A program made the position numbers and the translations under genes. The notes beneath the pieces were generated by a model. That model was not told where the DNA came from and ran no database searches. It was given only the letters and a program-made list of their open reading frames with translations. Shown here piece after piece: positions 41,785 to 49,891 of a DNA stretch of 64,000 nucleotides. Each line of letters opens with the position of its first letter. Within the stretch, counting starts at the first letter, position 1. The stretch comes from Mycobacteriales bacterium (GTDB taxonomy: Bacteria > Actinomycetota > Actinomycetes > Mycobacteriales > SCTD01): the NCBI GenBank assembly GCA_046593925.1, contig JBKJQN010000097.1, forward strand, positions 70,273-134,272. The letters run 5' to 3'.

Positions 41785-42215
41785 GGGCGCTCGCGCTGGT
41801 GCCCCTGCTCGCGGGCTGCTCGTCCGCTGGCCCAGCTGTGGCGACCGGGCCGGTCGACGTCCCGGTGGCGGGAGTTTCCGCCCCGCAGTGCGGCCCGCTG
41901 GTCGCCGCATTGCCCGCGACGCTGGGCGCTCTTTCGCGTCGGTCCGTGACGGGTGAGGTGGGTCGTACGGCGGCCTGGGGCGACCCGGCGGTGACTCTCG
42001 TCTGTGCGAGCCCCGCGGCCAACCCGGCCGCCGAGCAGGTGCAGCTCGGCCCGAAGGAGGGTGGCATCGTCACCTTCGCCGTCGACGACGTGGGACCGGC
42101 GACCGCCTTCACCACGGTCGGCCTGCCGGTGCCGGTCACCGTGACGGTGCCCGACGCGTACGACAGCACGCTGCTGGTGCCGATCACCGGCGTGCTGCTC
42201 GCGGTGGACCGGTAG
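41763..42215 (+). CDS. DUF3515-like secreted lipoprotein
   Basis: The GTG at 41763 gives VPRRPPLRALALVPLLAGCSS, a signal peptide with a lipobox. The CGPLVAALP and AAWGDPAVTLVCA pattern is typical of the family found near thiL. It overlaps the previous gene by 22 nt, and the start is uncertain. Confidence 0.6.
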   Translation: MPRRPPLRALALVPLLAGCSSAGPAVATGPVDVPVAGVSAPQCGPLVAALPATLGALSRRSVTGEVGRTAAWGDPAVTLVCASPAANPAAEQVQLGPKEGGIVTFAVDDVGPATAFTTVGLPVPVTVTVPDAYDSTLLVPITGVLLAVDR

Positions 42216-42229
42216 GGGGCGGTGAGCGC

Positions 42230-42522
42230 GTCGTGCTGCTGCCGGTCGTGGCCGGGGATGAGCCGGACCTGAGGCGGACCCTGCTGACGGACGTCGCGAC
42301 GCCGTACGAACGCTGGCCCGGTATCTGATTCGCGACCGAGACCATCACCGCCTGGTGATCGCCCCGGCAGCGGACAACAAGCCGGCGATCCGGTGCTACC
42401 TGGCGGCCGGCTTCCGGCCGGTGGGAATTCTGCGCGATTATGAGCGAGACGCCGACGGCACCGGCTGCCACGACGGCCTGCTGATGGACATGCTCGCTGA
42501 TGACTTCGGGCGGACAGTCTGA
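42230..42522 (+). pseudogene. GNAT acetyltransferase remnant (internal deletion plus frameshift)
   Basis: The N-terminal piece VVLLPVVAGDEPDLRRTLLTDVATPYERW ends at a TGA at 42325-27. The C-terminal piece, in another frame, is VRTLARYLIRDRDHHRLVIAPAADNKPAIRCYLAAGFRPVGILRDYERDADG..HDGLLMDML and ends at 42522. The central roughly 60-70 aa of a normal GNAT fold is missing. Confidence 0.5.
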
Positions 42523-42635
42523 CGACCGGTACAGCCTGCGTGCGGTGGCGGTCGGTCGCGGCGCGCGGGCTGAATGTCGGAATGCGCCGCGGCACAATTC
42601 TTCGTCTGCGCGCAAGCCGCGGCTGCGCCTGCTCG

Positions 42636-42679
42636 CTGGACCGTCTGGACCGTCTGGACCGTCTGGACCGTCTGGACCG
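42636..42679. repeat. 9-bp microsatellite (ctggaccgt), 4.9 copies
   Basis: Perfect tandem copies read directly from the sequence. The repeat lies in DNA with no convincing reading frame. Confidence 0.95.
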
Positions 42680-43130
42680 GCTGCATCCCCGCCCATCTGC
42701 CGAAGCGGGTGACCTGGGCAGGTCCGCGGCGGAGCGCCCTGACCGTGCCGCGTCAAGAGCCGCTTCTCCTGCTGCGCAGCCGAGAATGTCGGACCCGGCC
42801 GATGGAATTTTCGGTATGGCAGTCGGGCAGGCACCTCTGGTGGGGGCGTTGGGCTCGGCTGCGTTGGGCGCGTGCGAGGGTCGCCTGGAGGTGTTGGAGA
42901 GGTCCCGGTCGGCCTTGCACGCCGATGCTCCGCGAGGCGCTCGTGCTGGACCGGCTGTGGGCTGCGGCCGGGATGGCGGTGTCGTCGGTCAGTGACCTGG
43001 CGCTGGCGTTGGGGTGCTGGCATGTACGACGCGGCCGATCACTTCGCTGTCTGCGGTCACCCTGCGACCGTGCCCCCAGCGCAGCGCTGGGCCCGCTGGC
43101 CCGGATGCGGCGCGCCGCCAGCCCGGCTTG

Positions 43131-43913
43131 TCACACCGGCAGGGGGGCAGTTCGGGGGGCATGCGCCGACATGGCGCGCCACCGGGCCGCAGGCGTGAGG
43201 CCCATGAAGTGCAGCGCACTCGGATCGGTGTCGTGCGAGCGCCCGACGTAGGACTCCGGCGTGCTGCTGAAGCAGTCCTCAGCTCGGCGCGGACCGAGGA
43301 AGGGCGAGTTCCAGCGGTCCGGAAGCCAGGTGGTGCGCCTGCAGAACGCCGAGGGAGCACCCGGACGGGCACCCCGGTAGCTCTGGTCGCCGCGTCGCCA
43401 ACCGAGGGCTGCCAGTACGGCGCCCTGGTCGGCCCAGGGGCCGGGCTGCCGTCCAGCGGCCTGGACCGCCTGCAGGAACGCGAGTGCCTCCGGGCACGAG
43501 CGCAGGACCCACACGCCGGTGTTCGGGTTGACCCGGTCCTCAGCCGGTACGCGCTCGAGCACCAGTCCCTGGAAGGCCCGCGGATGCAGCAGCAAGGCGA
43601 CGTCCTCGTCCTGGCGCAGCAGCAGGACGTCCGCGTCGAGCCAGACGACGACTGCGTTGTCCCGCAGCGCCTCCCGCAGCAGTGAGATCTTGGCCCACTT
43701 GGCGCGCTGAGCGTCCGGGTCGGCGCCCACCCCGTCGCTCGCGAGGTCCACCGCGTGCACCTCGTAGCCCCACGCCTGGGCGTACGACCGGAAGGTGGGC
43801 ACCGCGAGCTCGTGCATGACCTCGCGCATCCCCGGCCCTGCCGCCGTCAGGAGCACGCCGCGCGATCCGCTGCCCAGACCCGAGCGACTCCTGCCGCTCC
43901 ACGTCGCCGCCAT
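43131..43913 (-). CDS. nucleotide-diphospho-sugar glycosyltransferase (GT34/GT8-like)
   Basis: VLLTAA......E..VPTFRSYA...GYEV, KWAKISLLREAL.....VVWLDADVLL (a DxD-type motif) and NTGVWVLR resemble GMA12/MNN10-type and related transferases. Start set to the ATG at 43913. Confidence 0.6.
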   Translation of the reverse strand: MAATWSGRSRSGLGSGSRGVLLTAAGPGMREVMHELAVPTFRSYAQAWGYEVHAVDLASDGVGADPDAQRAKWAKISLLREALRDNAVVVWLDADVLLLRQDEDVALLLHPRAFQGLVLERVPAEDRVNPNTGVWVLRSCPEALAFLQAVQAAGRQPGPWADQGAVLAALGWRRGDQSYRGARPGAPSAFCRRTTWLPDRWNSPFLGPRRAEDCFSSTPESYVGRSHDTDPSALHFMGLTPAARWRAMSAHAPRTAPLPV

Positions 43914-44036
43914 GCCGACAGTGCATCCCAGTCGGCCGATGCCTGGGCGTCGCCGGGGTGAACGCCGTGTGGCGCACAGCGGAAGAGTCGAGGACCCGCG
44001 CGGGCGACGGTCCACGGGCCGCAACGGCGTGTGGCC

Positions 44037-44441
44037 CTACGACTGGAGCTGCCCGAGGTAGCAGCCGGTACCTTGGTCATCGACGCACTCGGCCTCCATT
44101 GCGTACGGCCTGTCCTGCACTCCGCTGCTGTTTCCACCCGCTGCCAGGACCCGGTCAACCGCTCGCGCGCTGTCCTCGACGCTCCACATCGGGAGCGTGG
44201 TGGCCTGCTGGTGGCCGCCATCCAGGCCGGCCATCGCCTTGCCACCGCGTCGCCCGCCGCCGGAGGCGTTCCGGGCGGCACCGCCCCGCGCCACGCGACG
44301 GTCTTCGGCATGACCGATGTCGTCGACGTCCTGCCAGCCGCCGGGGCGACCGATGTCGTGCAGTCCGCAGCGGTCGGCGACGTCACCCCCGATCTGCCAG
44401 TTGACGATCGGGTCTCGGCGCTCCGGATGGCCGCCGCTCAC
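44037..44441 (-). CDS. VOC (glyoxalase/bleomycin-resistance fold) family protein, divergent or possibly decaying
   Basis: PIVNWQIGGDVADR......GGW aligns with the PVVHFEIG.D......FY..LFGW N-terminus of actinobacterial VOC proteins. LPMWSVEDSARAVDRVLAAGGNSSGVQDRPYAMEAECVDDQGTGCYLGQ aligns with the ..F.V.DVDA....A.A.GG.......P.G..A.F.DP.GN.IGL C-terminus. Third-position GC is higher on this strand over 44037-44240. The start (GTG at 44441) is uncertain. Confidence 0.5.
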   Translation of the reverse strand: MSGGHPERRDPIVNWQIGGDVADRCGLHDIGRPGGWQDVDDIGHAEDRRVARGGAARNASGGGRRGGKAMAGLDGGHQQATTLPMWSVEDSARAVDRVLAAGGNSSGVQDRPYAMEAECVDDQGTGCYLGQLQS

Positions 44442-44714
44442 GGACACCTGGACGTGATCGACCAGCTGCTCGCCGCCCCCACGCCGGTGGATGGAGTCGA
44501 TCGGGACGGATCGACGGCTCTGCACGAGGCAGCCTCCTGCGGAAGGGTGGGCAGCGCCCGACATCTGCTCGCTCACGGCGCCGATCCCGGGCTACGCGAC
44601 ACCAGGTTCGACAGCACCCCCGTGGGCTGGTGCCAGCACCAGCGCGAGGAGGTCGGGGCCGGGCGCGGCCATGACGGGGTCGGGAGGCTTCTAAAGCCGA
44701 TCACCCCGCCATGA
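44427..44714 (+). CDS. ankyrin-repeat protein, short or 5'-truncated
   Basis: AAAHGHLDVIDQLLAAPTPVDGVDRDGSTALHEAASCGRVGSARHLLAHGADPGLRD matches the ankyrin consensus (G.TALH.AA..G....LL..GADP). The ORF is open from 44031, with in-frame ATGs at 44310 and 44427. Upstream of about 44415 the opposite strand (VOC) gives the better protein. Confidence 0.5.
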   Translation: MAAAHGHLDVIDQLLAAPTPVDGVDRDGSTALHEAASCGRVGSARHLLAHGADPGLRDTRFDSTPVGWCQHQREEVGAGRGHDGVGRLLKPITPP

Positions 44715-44882
44715 CCTCGTGGCGGCAGGCACGAAGCCGGTCCGCCCGCGCGATCTTCGCCCTATCGCCACAACGATCTTTGAGGTGAGCCTGGCCCCGG
44801 TCAAGGAGGCGAAGATCGTCAGAGCGATGGCGAGGATGGTTCTCATCAGGGCGCCGGTACGCCAACGCCGGATAGGCCCGGC

Positions 44883-45422
44883 CTATGGGCGCGCCAGGGC
44901 GTCGCCTTGCGTGCCCAGCCGCAACAGCATGAGCAGCTCGTCACGGTCGCCATCCGGCAGTCGCAGCGCCGAGGGCCAGCGGCCGACGACCTGCCAGCCG
45001 AGTTTGCCGTAGAAGTCCTCCAGACCCAGGCCGCTGCGCACCTCGATGTGCAGCTGCTCAAGGCCCCGTGCACGCGCGGCCCGCGCCCCCTCGAGCACCA
45101 GCGCGGCGCCGATGCCTTGCCCTCGGAACGGCAGACCTGTCTGGACGCGCAGCAGCCGTGCCCAGTGCCGGGTCAGCGGTGCCGCGTTCTCCACCAGCAC
45201 CAGCCAGCCCGCAAGAACGCCATCGACCTCGGCGACCAGCAGCCGCTGGCCGTCGTGCAGCGCAGCGACCAGGTCGCGCGTAGCGACGGCCACCTCGTCC
45301 GGCGGGACCGGCACGCACGGGAAGCCGACGGCCCCGCCGGCGTCGGACACCCGCGTCCAGCAGGCCGTGAGCGCTGCCAGCAAGGTCGCGTCGGCGTCCG
45401 CCGGCGAGCTCAGCCAGCGCAA
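44883..45422 (-). CDS. GNAT family N-acetyltransferase
   Basis: The acetyl-CoA motif A is RVQTGLPFRGQGIGAALV. E..ARA.G...L.IEV and FY.KLGW follow. The TTG start lies 6 nt after the ddl stop. Confidence 0.8.
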   Translation of the reverse strand: MRWLSSPADADATLLAALTACWTRVSDAGGAVGFPCVPVPPDEVAVATRDLVAALHDGQRLLVAEVDGVLAGWLVLVENAAPLTRHWARLLRVQTGLPFRGQGIGAALVLEGARAARARGLEQLHIEVRSGLGLEDFYGKLGWQVVGRWPSALRLPDGDRDELLMLLRLGTQGDALARP

Positions 45423-45428
45423 GAAGGC

Positions 45429-46502
45429 CTACCGCAGCCCGGTGCCGCGGGTCAGCGCCGCCTGCAGCAGGCGGTCGACCAGCGCCGGGTAGTCGACCCC
45501 GGAGGCGGCCCACATCCGCGGGTACATCGAGCTCGGCGTGAAGCCCGGCATCGTGTTGACCTCGTTGACCGTCACCGCACCGTCGGCGGCGACGAAGAAG
45601 TCGACCCGGGCCAGGCCCTCGCAGCCGAGCGCGGCGAAGGCCCGCAGCGCCATGTGCTGCAGCCGGGCGGTCACGGGAGCGGGCAGGTCGGCGGGTACGT
45701 CGAGCTCGGTCGCGTCCTCGAGGTACTTGGCCTCGAAATCGTAGAAGTCGTGGCCGGCCGCGACCCGTACCTCGGCGGGCACGCTCGCCTCGGGACCGGC
45801 CGGCCCGGCGAGCACTCCGCACTCGACCTCCCGGCCGGCAAGGCAAGCCTCGACCAGCGCCTTCGGGTCGGCGGCGTGCGCGACGGCCAACGCGGTGTCC
45901 AGGTCGGCGAGATCGGTCACCCGGCTGATGCCGATGCTCGAGCCGCCGCGGGCCGGCTTGACGAACACCGGCAGCCCCAGCGCCACCACCGCCGCCCTGT
46001 CAACCGGCTCCCCGCGGCGAACGACGACCGCGTCGGCCACCCTCAGACCGGCGGCCCGCAGCAGCACCTTCGCGACGGCCTTGTCCATGGCTGCGGCGCT
46101 GGCCAGCACACCGCTGCCGACGTAGGGCACGCCGGCCATCTCGAGCAGCCCCTGCAAGGTGCCGTCCTCGCCCCACGGCCCGTGCAGCACCGGAAAGACG
46201 ACGTCGATGGCGCCGAGCACCCCGGGCCCGTCCTCCAGCGGCACCAGGCCGCCGGCGGTCGGGTCACCGGGCAGGGCCACCGCCTGGCCGTCCTTGACCG
46301 ACGGCAGCTCCCGGCCGGACAGCGCGAGCAGGGCCGGGTCGTCGGGCACCAGCACCCACCGCCCCTCGGGCGTGATGCCGACGGCGACGACGTCGTACGT
46401 CGAACGGTCCAGGGCGCCGAGCACGCTGCCGGCGGACACGCAGCTGATGGCGTGCTCGGTGCTGCGGCCCCCGAGGACGACGGCGACGCGGATGCGGGTC
46501 AC
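45429..46502 (-). CDS. ddl: D-alanine--D-alanine ligase
   Basis: VAVV.GGRS.EH.IS..S, HGP.GEDGT.QGLLE..G.PYVG, ATP-grasp motifs and VNEVNT.PGFT..SMYP are present. Confidence 0.95.
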   Translation of the reverse strand: MTRIRVAVVLGGRSTEHAISCVSAGSVLGALDRSTYDVVAVGITPEGRWVLVPDDPALLALSGRELPSVKDGQAVALPGDPTAGGLVPLEDGPGVLGAIDVVFPVLHGPWGEDGTLQGLLEMAGVPYVGSGVLASAAAMDKAVAKVLLRAAGLRVADAVVVRRGEPVDRAAVVALGLPVFVKPARGGSSIGISRVTDLADLDTALAVAHAADPKALVEACLAGREVECGVLAGPAGPEASVPAEVRVAAGHDFYDFEAKYLEDATELDVPADLPAPVTARLQHMALRAFAALGCEGLARVDFFVAADGAVTVNEVNTMPGFTPSSMYPRMWAASGVDYPALVDRLLQAALTRGTGLR

Positions 46503-46521
46503 GCGCGCAGCGTAGGGGCGG

Positions 46522-46545
46522 CAGGTGTCAGGCCAGTGACACCTG
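46522..46545 (-). terminator. perfect 9-bp-stem hairpin between the oxidoreductase stop and the ddl start
   Basis: The sequence is caggtgtca-ggccag-tgacacctg. It has no U tract, so it could be a terminator or an operator. Confidence 0.4.
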
Positions 46546-46602
46546 GGTCATCAGCGCGCAGTCCAGGACGTACGACGCCCCCGACGCGTACGCCGTACGC
46601 GG

Positions 46603-48000
46603 TCACCGGACCTTCTCGGCCAGCTCCCGCAGCGGTGGCTCGTACGCCTCACCGAAGGTCGGGAAGGCGTGGATGACCTCGGTGAGCACCGCGAGCGGGA
46701 CCTCCGCGTGGATCGCCAGGGTCGCCTCGGACAGCCACTCGTCGGCCCGCGGGCCGATCGCCGCCGCGCCGACCAGCACGCCGCGCTCGCGGTCCGCGGT
46801 GAGGACCAGCCGGCCGCCGGCACCCTCGGTGGTGGCGCGCGCGACCTCACCCAGGTCCATCACGGCCGTGACCGCGTCGATGCCTGCCTCGCGAGCGCTC
46901 GCCTCGTCCATGCCGACGCTCGAGACCGCCGGCTCGGTGTAGATCGCCCGCGGGACCGCCCGGTAGTCGGCGGTCCGGTCCCCGCCGAGCAGGTTGTCGA
47001 CGACGACCCGCGCCTGGTAGTTCGCCGTGTGCGTGTACGGCGCCTCCCGCGTCACGTCACCGGCGGCCCAGACATGCCGATGACCCAGTACCCGGCAGTG
47101 GTCGTCGACGACCAGCTCGCCCTGCGCTCCCGGCTCGACCCCGAGCACGTCCAGGCCGATCCCGTCCGTCGTCGGGGCGCGGCCGACCGCCACGAGCACC
47201 CGCTCGACCTCAACGGTGCCGCCTCCAGACAGGTGCACCAGCGCCAACCCGTCGGCGGTCAGCTCGAACCGCTCGGCGGACGTCCCGAGCCGCACGTCGA
47301 CACCGTCGTCGCGCAGCACCTGCGTCAGCAGGGCAGCGATGCTCGGTTCCTCCTTGCCGGCGAGCTGCGGGCCGCTCTCGACCAGCGTCGTGCGCACCCC
47401 GAACCTCGCGTGCACCTGCGACAGCTCGCACCCGACGGCGCCGCCGCCGAGCACCAGCAGCGAGGCCGGCCGGTCCAGCGCCGACAGCGCCTGGTCCGAC
47501 GTCCAGGTCGGCACCCTGGACAGCCCCGGCAGGTCGGGCACCAGCGGGTGCGAGCCGGTCGCCACCACCAGGTCGGTGTACGCCAGCCGTCGCCCCTCGA
47601 CCTCGACGACGCCCGGCTGGACCACCTGCCCGCGCCCGCGCACGAGCGTGACTCCCGCCTCCACGAGCCCGTCCGCCGCACCGCTGTCGTCGCGGTGCTC
47701 GGCGATCTCGTCGCGCCGCGCGACGGCCGCGCGGAAGGCGTGCACGTCGTCGTCCAGCGTCGGGTCGGCCCCGGCGCCCCCGAGGTCACTGACGTGCCGA
47801 GCCTCCACCCGGGCCTGCGCGCTGCGCAGCATCGCCTTGCTGGGCATGCAGGCGACGTACGCGCACTCACCCCCCACCCGCAGCGTCTCGACCAGCGCGA
47901 CGGTGCGACCGGCCCGGACGAGGGCCGCGGCCACGGACTCACCGGCCGAGCCCGCACCCAGCACCACGACGTCGTAGGACTCCAGATCGGGGGAGGTCAT
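46603..48000 (-). CDS. class I pyridine nucleotide-disulfide oxidoreductase (dihydrolipoyl dehydrogenase / mercuric reductase-like)
   Basis: FAD motif YDVVVLGAGSAG, redox disulfide GGECAYVACMPSK, NAD motif LVLGGGAVGCE and a C-terminal dimerisation domain with HAFPT..E are present. Start set to the ATG at 48000. The rest of ORF 46603-49002 is an artefact. Confidence 0.85.
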   Translation of the reverse strand: MTSPDLESYDVVVLGAGSAGESVAAALVRAGRTVALVETLRVGGECAYVACMPSKAMLRSAQARVEARHVSDLGGAGADPTLDDDVHAFRAAVARRDEIAEHRDDSGAADGLVEAGVTLVRGRGQVVQPGVVEVEGRRLAYTDLVVATGSHPLVPDLPGLSRVPTWTSDQALSALDRPASLLVLGGGAVGCELSQVHARFGVRTTLVESGPQLAGKEEPSIAALLTQVLRDDGVDVRLGTSAERFELTADGLALVHLSGGGTVEVERVLVAVGRAPTTDGIGLDVLGVEPGAQGELVVDDHCRVLGHRHVWAAGDVTREAPYTHTANYQARVVVDNLLGGDRTADYRAVPRAIYTEPAVSSVGMDEASAREAGIDAVTAVMDLGEVARATTEGAGGRLVLTADRERGVLVGAAAIGPRADEWLSEATLAIHAEVPLAVLTEVIHAFPTFGEAYEPPLRELAEKVR

Positions 48001-48038
48001 GGAACATAGGTAGCCCGTGCGGCGGTTTCCACACCCGG

Positions 48039-49034
48039 CTACTCGCTCCTGGCCTCCCGGCCCATCAGCGCTGAGATGACCCGCCGCGGCGACAGCCCCT
48101 CCTGGCAGACGGCGACGACCTGCTCGGTGATCGGCATCTCGATGTCGTGCTTGCGGGCCAGGTCCAGAATCGACCGGCAGCTCTTGACGCCCTCCGCGGT
48201 CTGCTGCTTCTGCGCCAGCAGAAGCTCCATCGTCTCGCCGCGACCCAGCCGCTCGCCGAAGGTGCGGTTGCGCGACAGCGGGCTGCTGCAGGTCGCGATG
48301 AGGTCGCCGAGCCCGGCCAGGCCGGCGAACGTCAACGGGTCGGCGCCGAGAGCCAGGCCGAGGCGGGCCGTCTCGGCCAGGCCACGGGTCATTAGCGATG
48401 CCTTGGTGTTGTCGCCGAAGCCCATCCCCTCGGCCATCCCGGTCGCCAGCGCGATGACGTTCTTGACGGCGCCGCCCAGCTCGCAACCGACGACGTCGCT
48501 GTTGGTGTACGGCCGGAAGTACGCGGTCGTGCAGGCCACCTGGAGCCGCGCGCCGGCGCCGGCGTCGGTGCAGGCGACGACGGTGGCGGCCGGCTGGCCC
48601 GCCGCGATCTCCTTGGCCAGGTTGGGGCCGGACACCACGGCTACCTGGCCGGGCGGCACCCCGGCGACCTCGCAGACGACCTCGCTCATCCGCTTGGTCG
48701 TACCGAGCTCGACACCCTTGATGAGGCTGACGAGCACGACCCCGGGCGTGAGCGCCCCGACGACCGCGGCGAGGTTGTCGCGCAGGCTCTGCGACGGCAC
48801 CGCCAGCACCACGAAGTCGGCGCCGTCGACCGCCTCGAGCGCGTCGCTGGTGGCCGTCAGGTTGCCCGGGAGCAGTACGCCCGGCAGGTATTCGGTGTTC
48901 TCGTGCCTGTGGCGGACGGTGCCCGCCAGCTCCTCGCGGCGCGCCCACAGCACGACGTCGGTGCCGGCGTCGGCGAGCACCTTGCCGAACGCCGTCCCCC
49001 ACGACCCGGTGCCCAGCACCGCTGCCCGCGTCAC
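48039..49034 (-). CDS. gpsA: NAD(P)H-dependent glycerol-3-phosphate dehydrogenase
   Basis: [28 protein letters not shown] and GLGDL..TC.S..SRN are present. Start is the GTG at 49034. Confidence 0.9.
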   Translation of the reverse strand: MTRAAVLGTGSWGTAFGKVLADAGTDVVLWARREELAGTVRHRHENTEYLPGVLLPGNLTATSDALEAVDGADFVVLAVPSQSLRDNLAAVVGALTPGVVLVSLIKGVELGTTKRMSEVVCEVAGVPPGQVAVVSGPNLAKEIAAGQPAATVVACTDAGAGARLQVACTTAYFRPYTNSDVVGCELGGAVKNVIALATGMAEGMGFGDNTKASLMTRGLAETARLGLALGADPLTFAGLAGLGDLIATCSSPLSRNRTFGERLGRGETMELLLAQKQQTAEGVKSCRSILDLARKHDIEMPITEQVVAVCQEGLSPRRVISALMGREARSE

Positions 49035-49047
49035 GTCGCCGGCCCGG

Positions 49048-49803
49048 TCATGGCGTCGGCCCGCCGGCCACCGGACCACCCGGCCAGACGTGCACGACAG
49101 CCGGTCGCGGCTGGCCACGGAGCTGCTCGAGCATGGTGGTGATCGCGTCCATCACCGCCGCCGTCGCGTCGTGCAGCACCTCGGCGGTCAGCGCGCGGCC
49201 CTGCCAGGCCGACAGGTCGACCGCCGGACCAGCCTGCAGGACGACGTCGTGCCGGGGCAGCAGGTGCAGGCCGGGCGTCCGGTAGCTGTCCAGGATCTGC
49301 TGCGCCCCCCACTGCGCGATCGGCACGACAGGGACGCCCGCCAGCAGCGCGAGCCGGGCCACCCCGGTCTTGGCCTGCATCGGCCACTTGTCTGGGTCGC
49401 GGCTGACGGTGCCCTCCGGGTAGATCACGATGCACTCCCCCGCCTGCAGAGCCGCCACGGCGTCGCTCAGCGCCGCGGAGGCGTCGCTGGCCTGCCGATG
49501 CACCGGGATCTGCGCGGCCCCGCGCATCACGCGCCCCACCAGGCCGTTGCCCAGGAAGAGGCTGCTCTTGGCCAGGAAGCGCCCGAGCCGGCCGGTGCCG
49601 TGTACGACGTACTCGGCGACGAAGACCGGGTCCGCATGCGAGATGTGGTTGACGGCGAGGATCACCCCACCAGTCGCGGGCACGTGCTGCATCCCGCGCC
49701 AGTCCCGGCGGGCGGTGAGGATGGCCAGCGGTTTCAGCAGCACGACCCCGAGGGCGTACCAGAAGCCCATCTGCCGGAGCCCGACCCGCCGCCGCACCCG
49801 CAC
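49048..49803 (-). CDS. plsC: 1-acyl-sn-glycerol-3-phosphate acyltransferase
   Basis: The HX4D motif NHISHADP and [10 protein letters not shown] are present. An alternative start lies at MGFWYAL, 11 codons downstream. Confidence 0.85.
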   Translation of the reverse strand: MRVRRRVGLRQMGFWYALGVVLLKPLAILTARRDWRGMQHVPATGGVILAVNHISHADPVFVAEYVVHGTGRLGRFLAKSSLFLGNGLVGRVMRGAAQIPVHRQASDASAALSDAVAALQAGECIVIYPEGTVSRDPDKWPMQAKTGVARLALLAGVPVVPIAQWGAQQILDSYRTPGLHLLPRHDVVLQAGPAVDLSAWQGRALTAEVLHDATAAVMDAITTMLEQLRGQPRPAVVHVWPGGPVAGGPTP

Positions 49804-49891
49804 TCCCGCCGCCCGCCGCCCGCCCGTGACGGCAGTGTCTCGTGCCCGCGCCGACCCTGTCGACCCACCCGGCCCCTGCTTGACTGGCGGG

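Noticed and set aside
42636-42679. The repeat array as a possible CRISPR
   Set aside because: The 9-bp units are directly abutting with no spacers, and there are no cas genes. It is a microsatellite.
44290-44440. HD-domain phosphohydrolase on the minus strand (LHDIGRP ... DDIGHAE)
   Set aside because: The HDIG-like strings arise from a 12-nt DNA repeat. The whole segment aligns better, position by position, with the VOC N-terminal beta-alpha-beta (PVVHFEIG...FY..LFGW).
48001-48038. Hairpin gtagcc...ggctac between gpsA and the oxidoreductase gene
   Set aside because: The 6-bp stem closes a loop of about 20 nt, which is too weak to call a terminator.
46603-49002. 799-aa ORF treated as a single protein
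   Set aside because: Only the last 465 codons (from the ATG at 48000) match a flavoprotein disulfide reductase. The upstream part is an out-of-frame overlap with gpsA.
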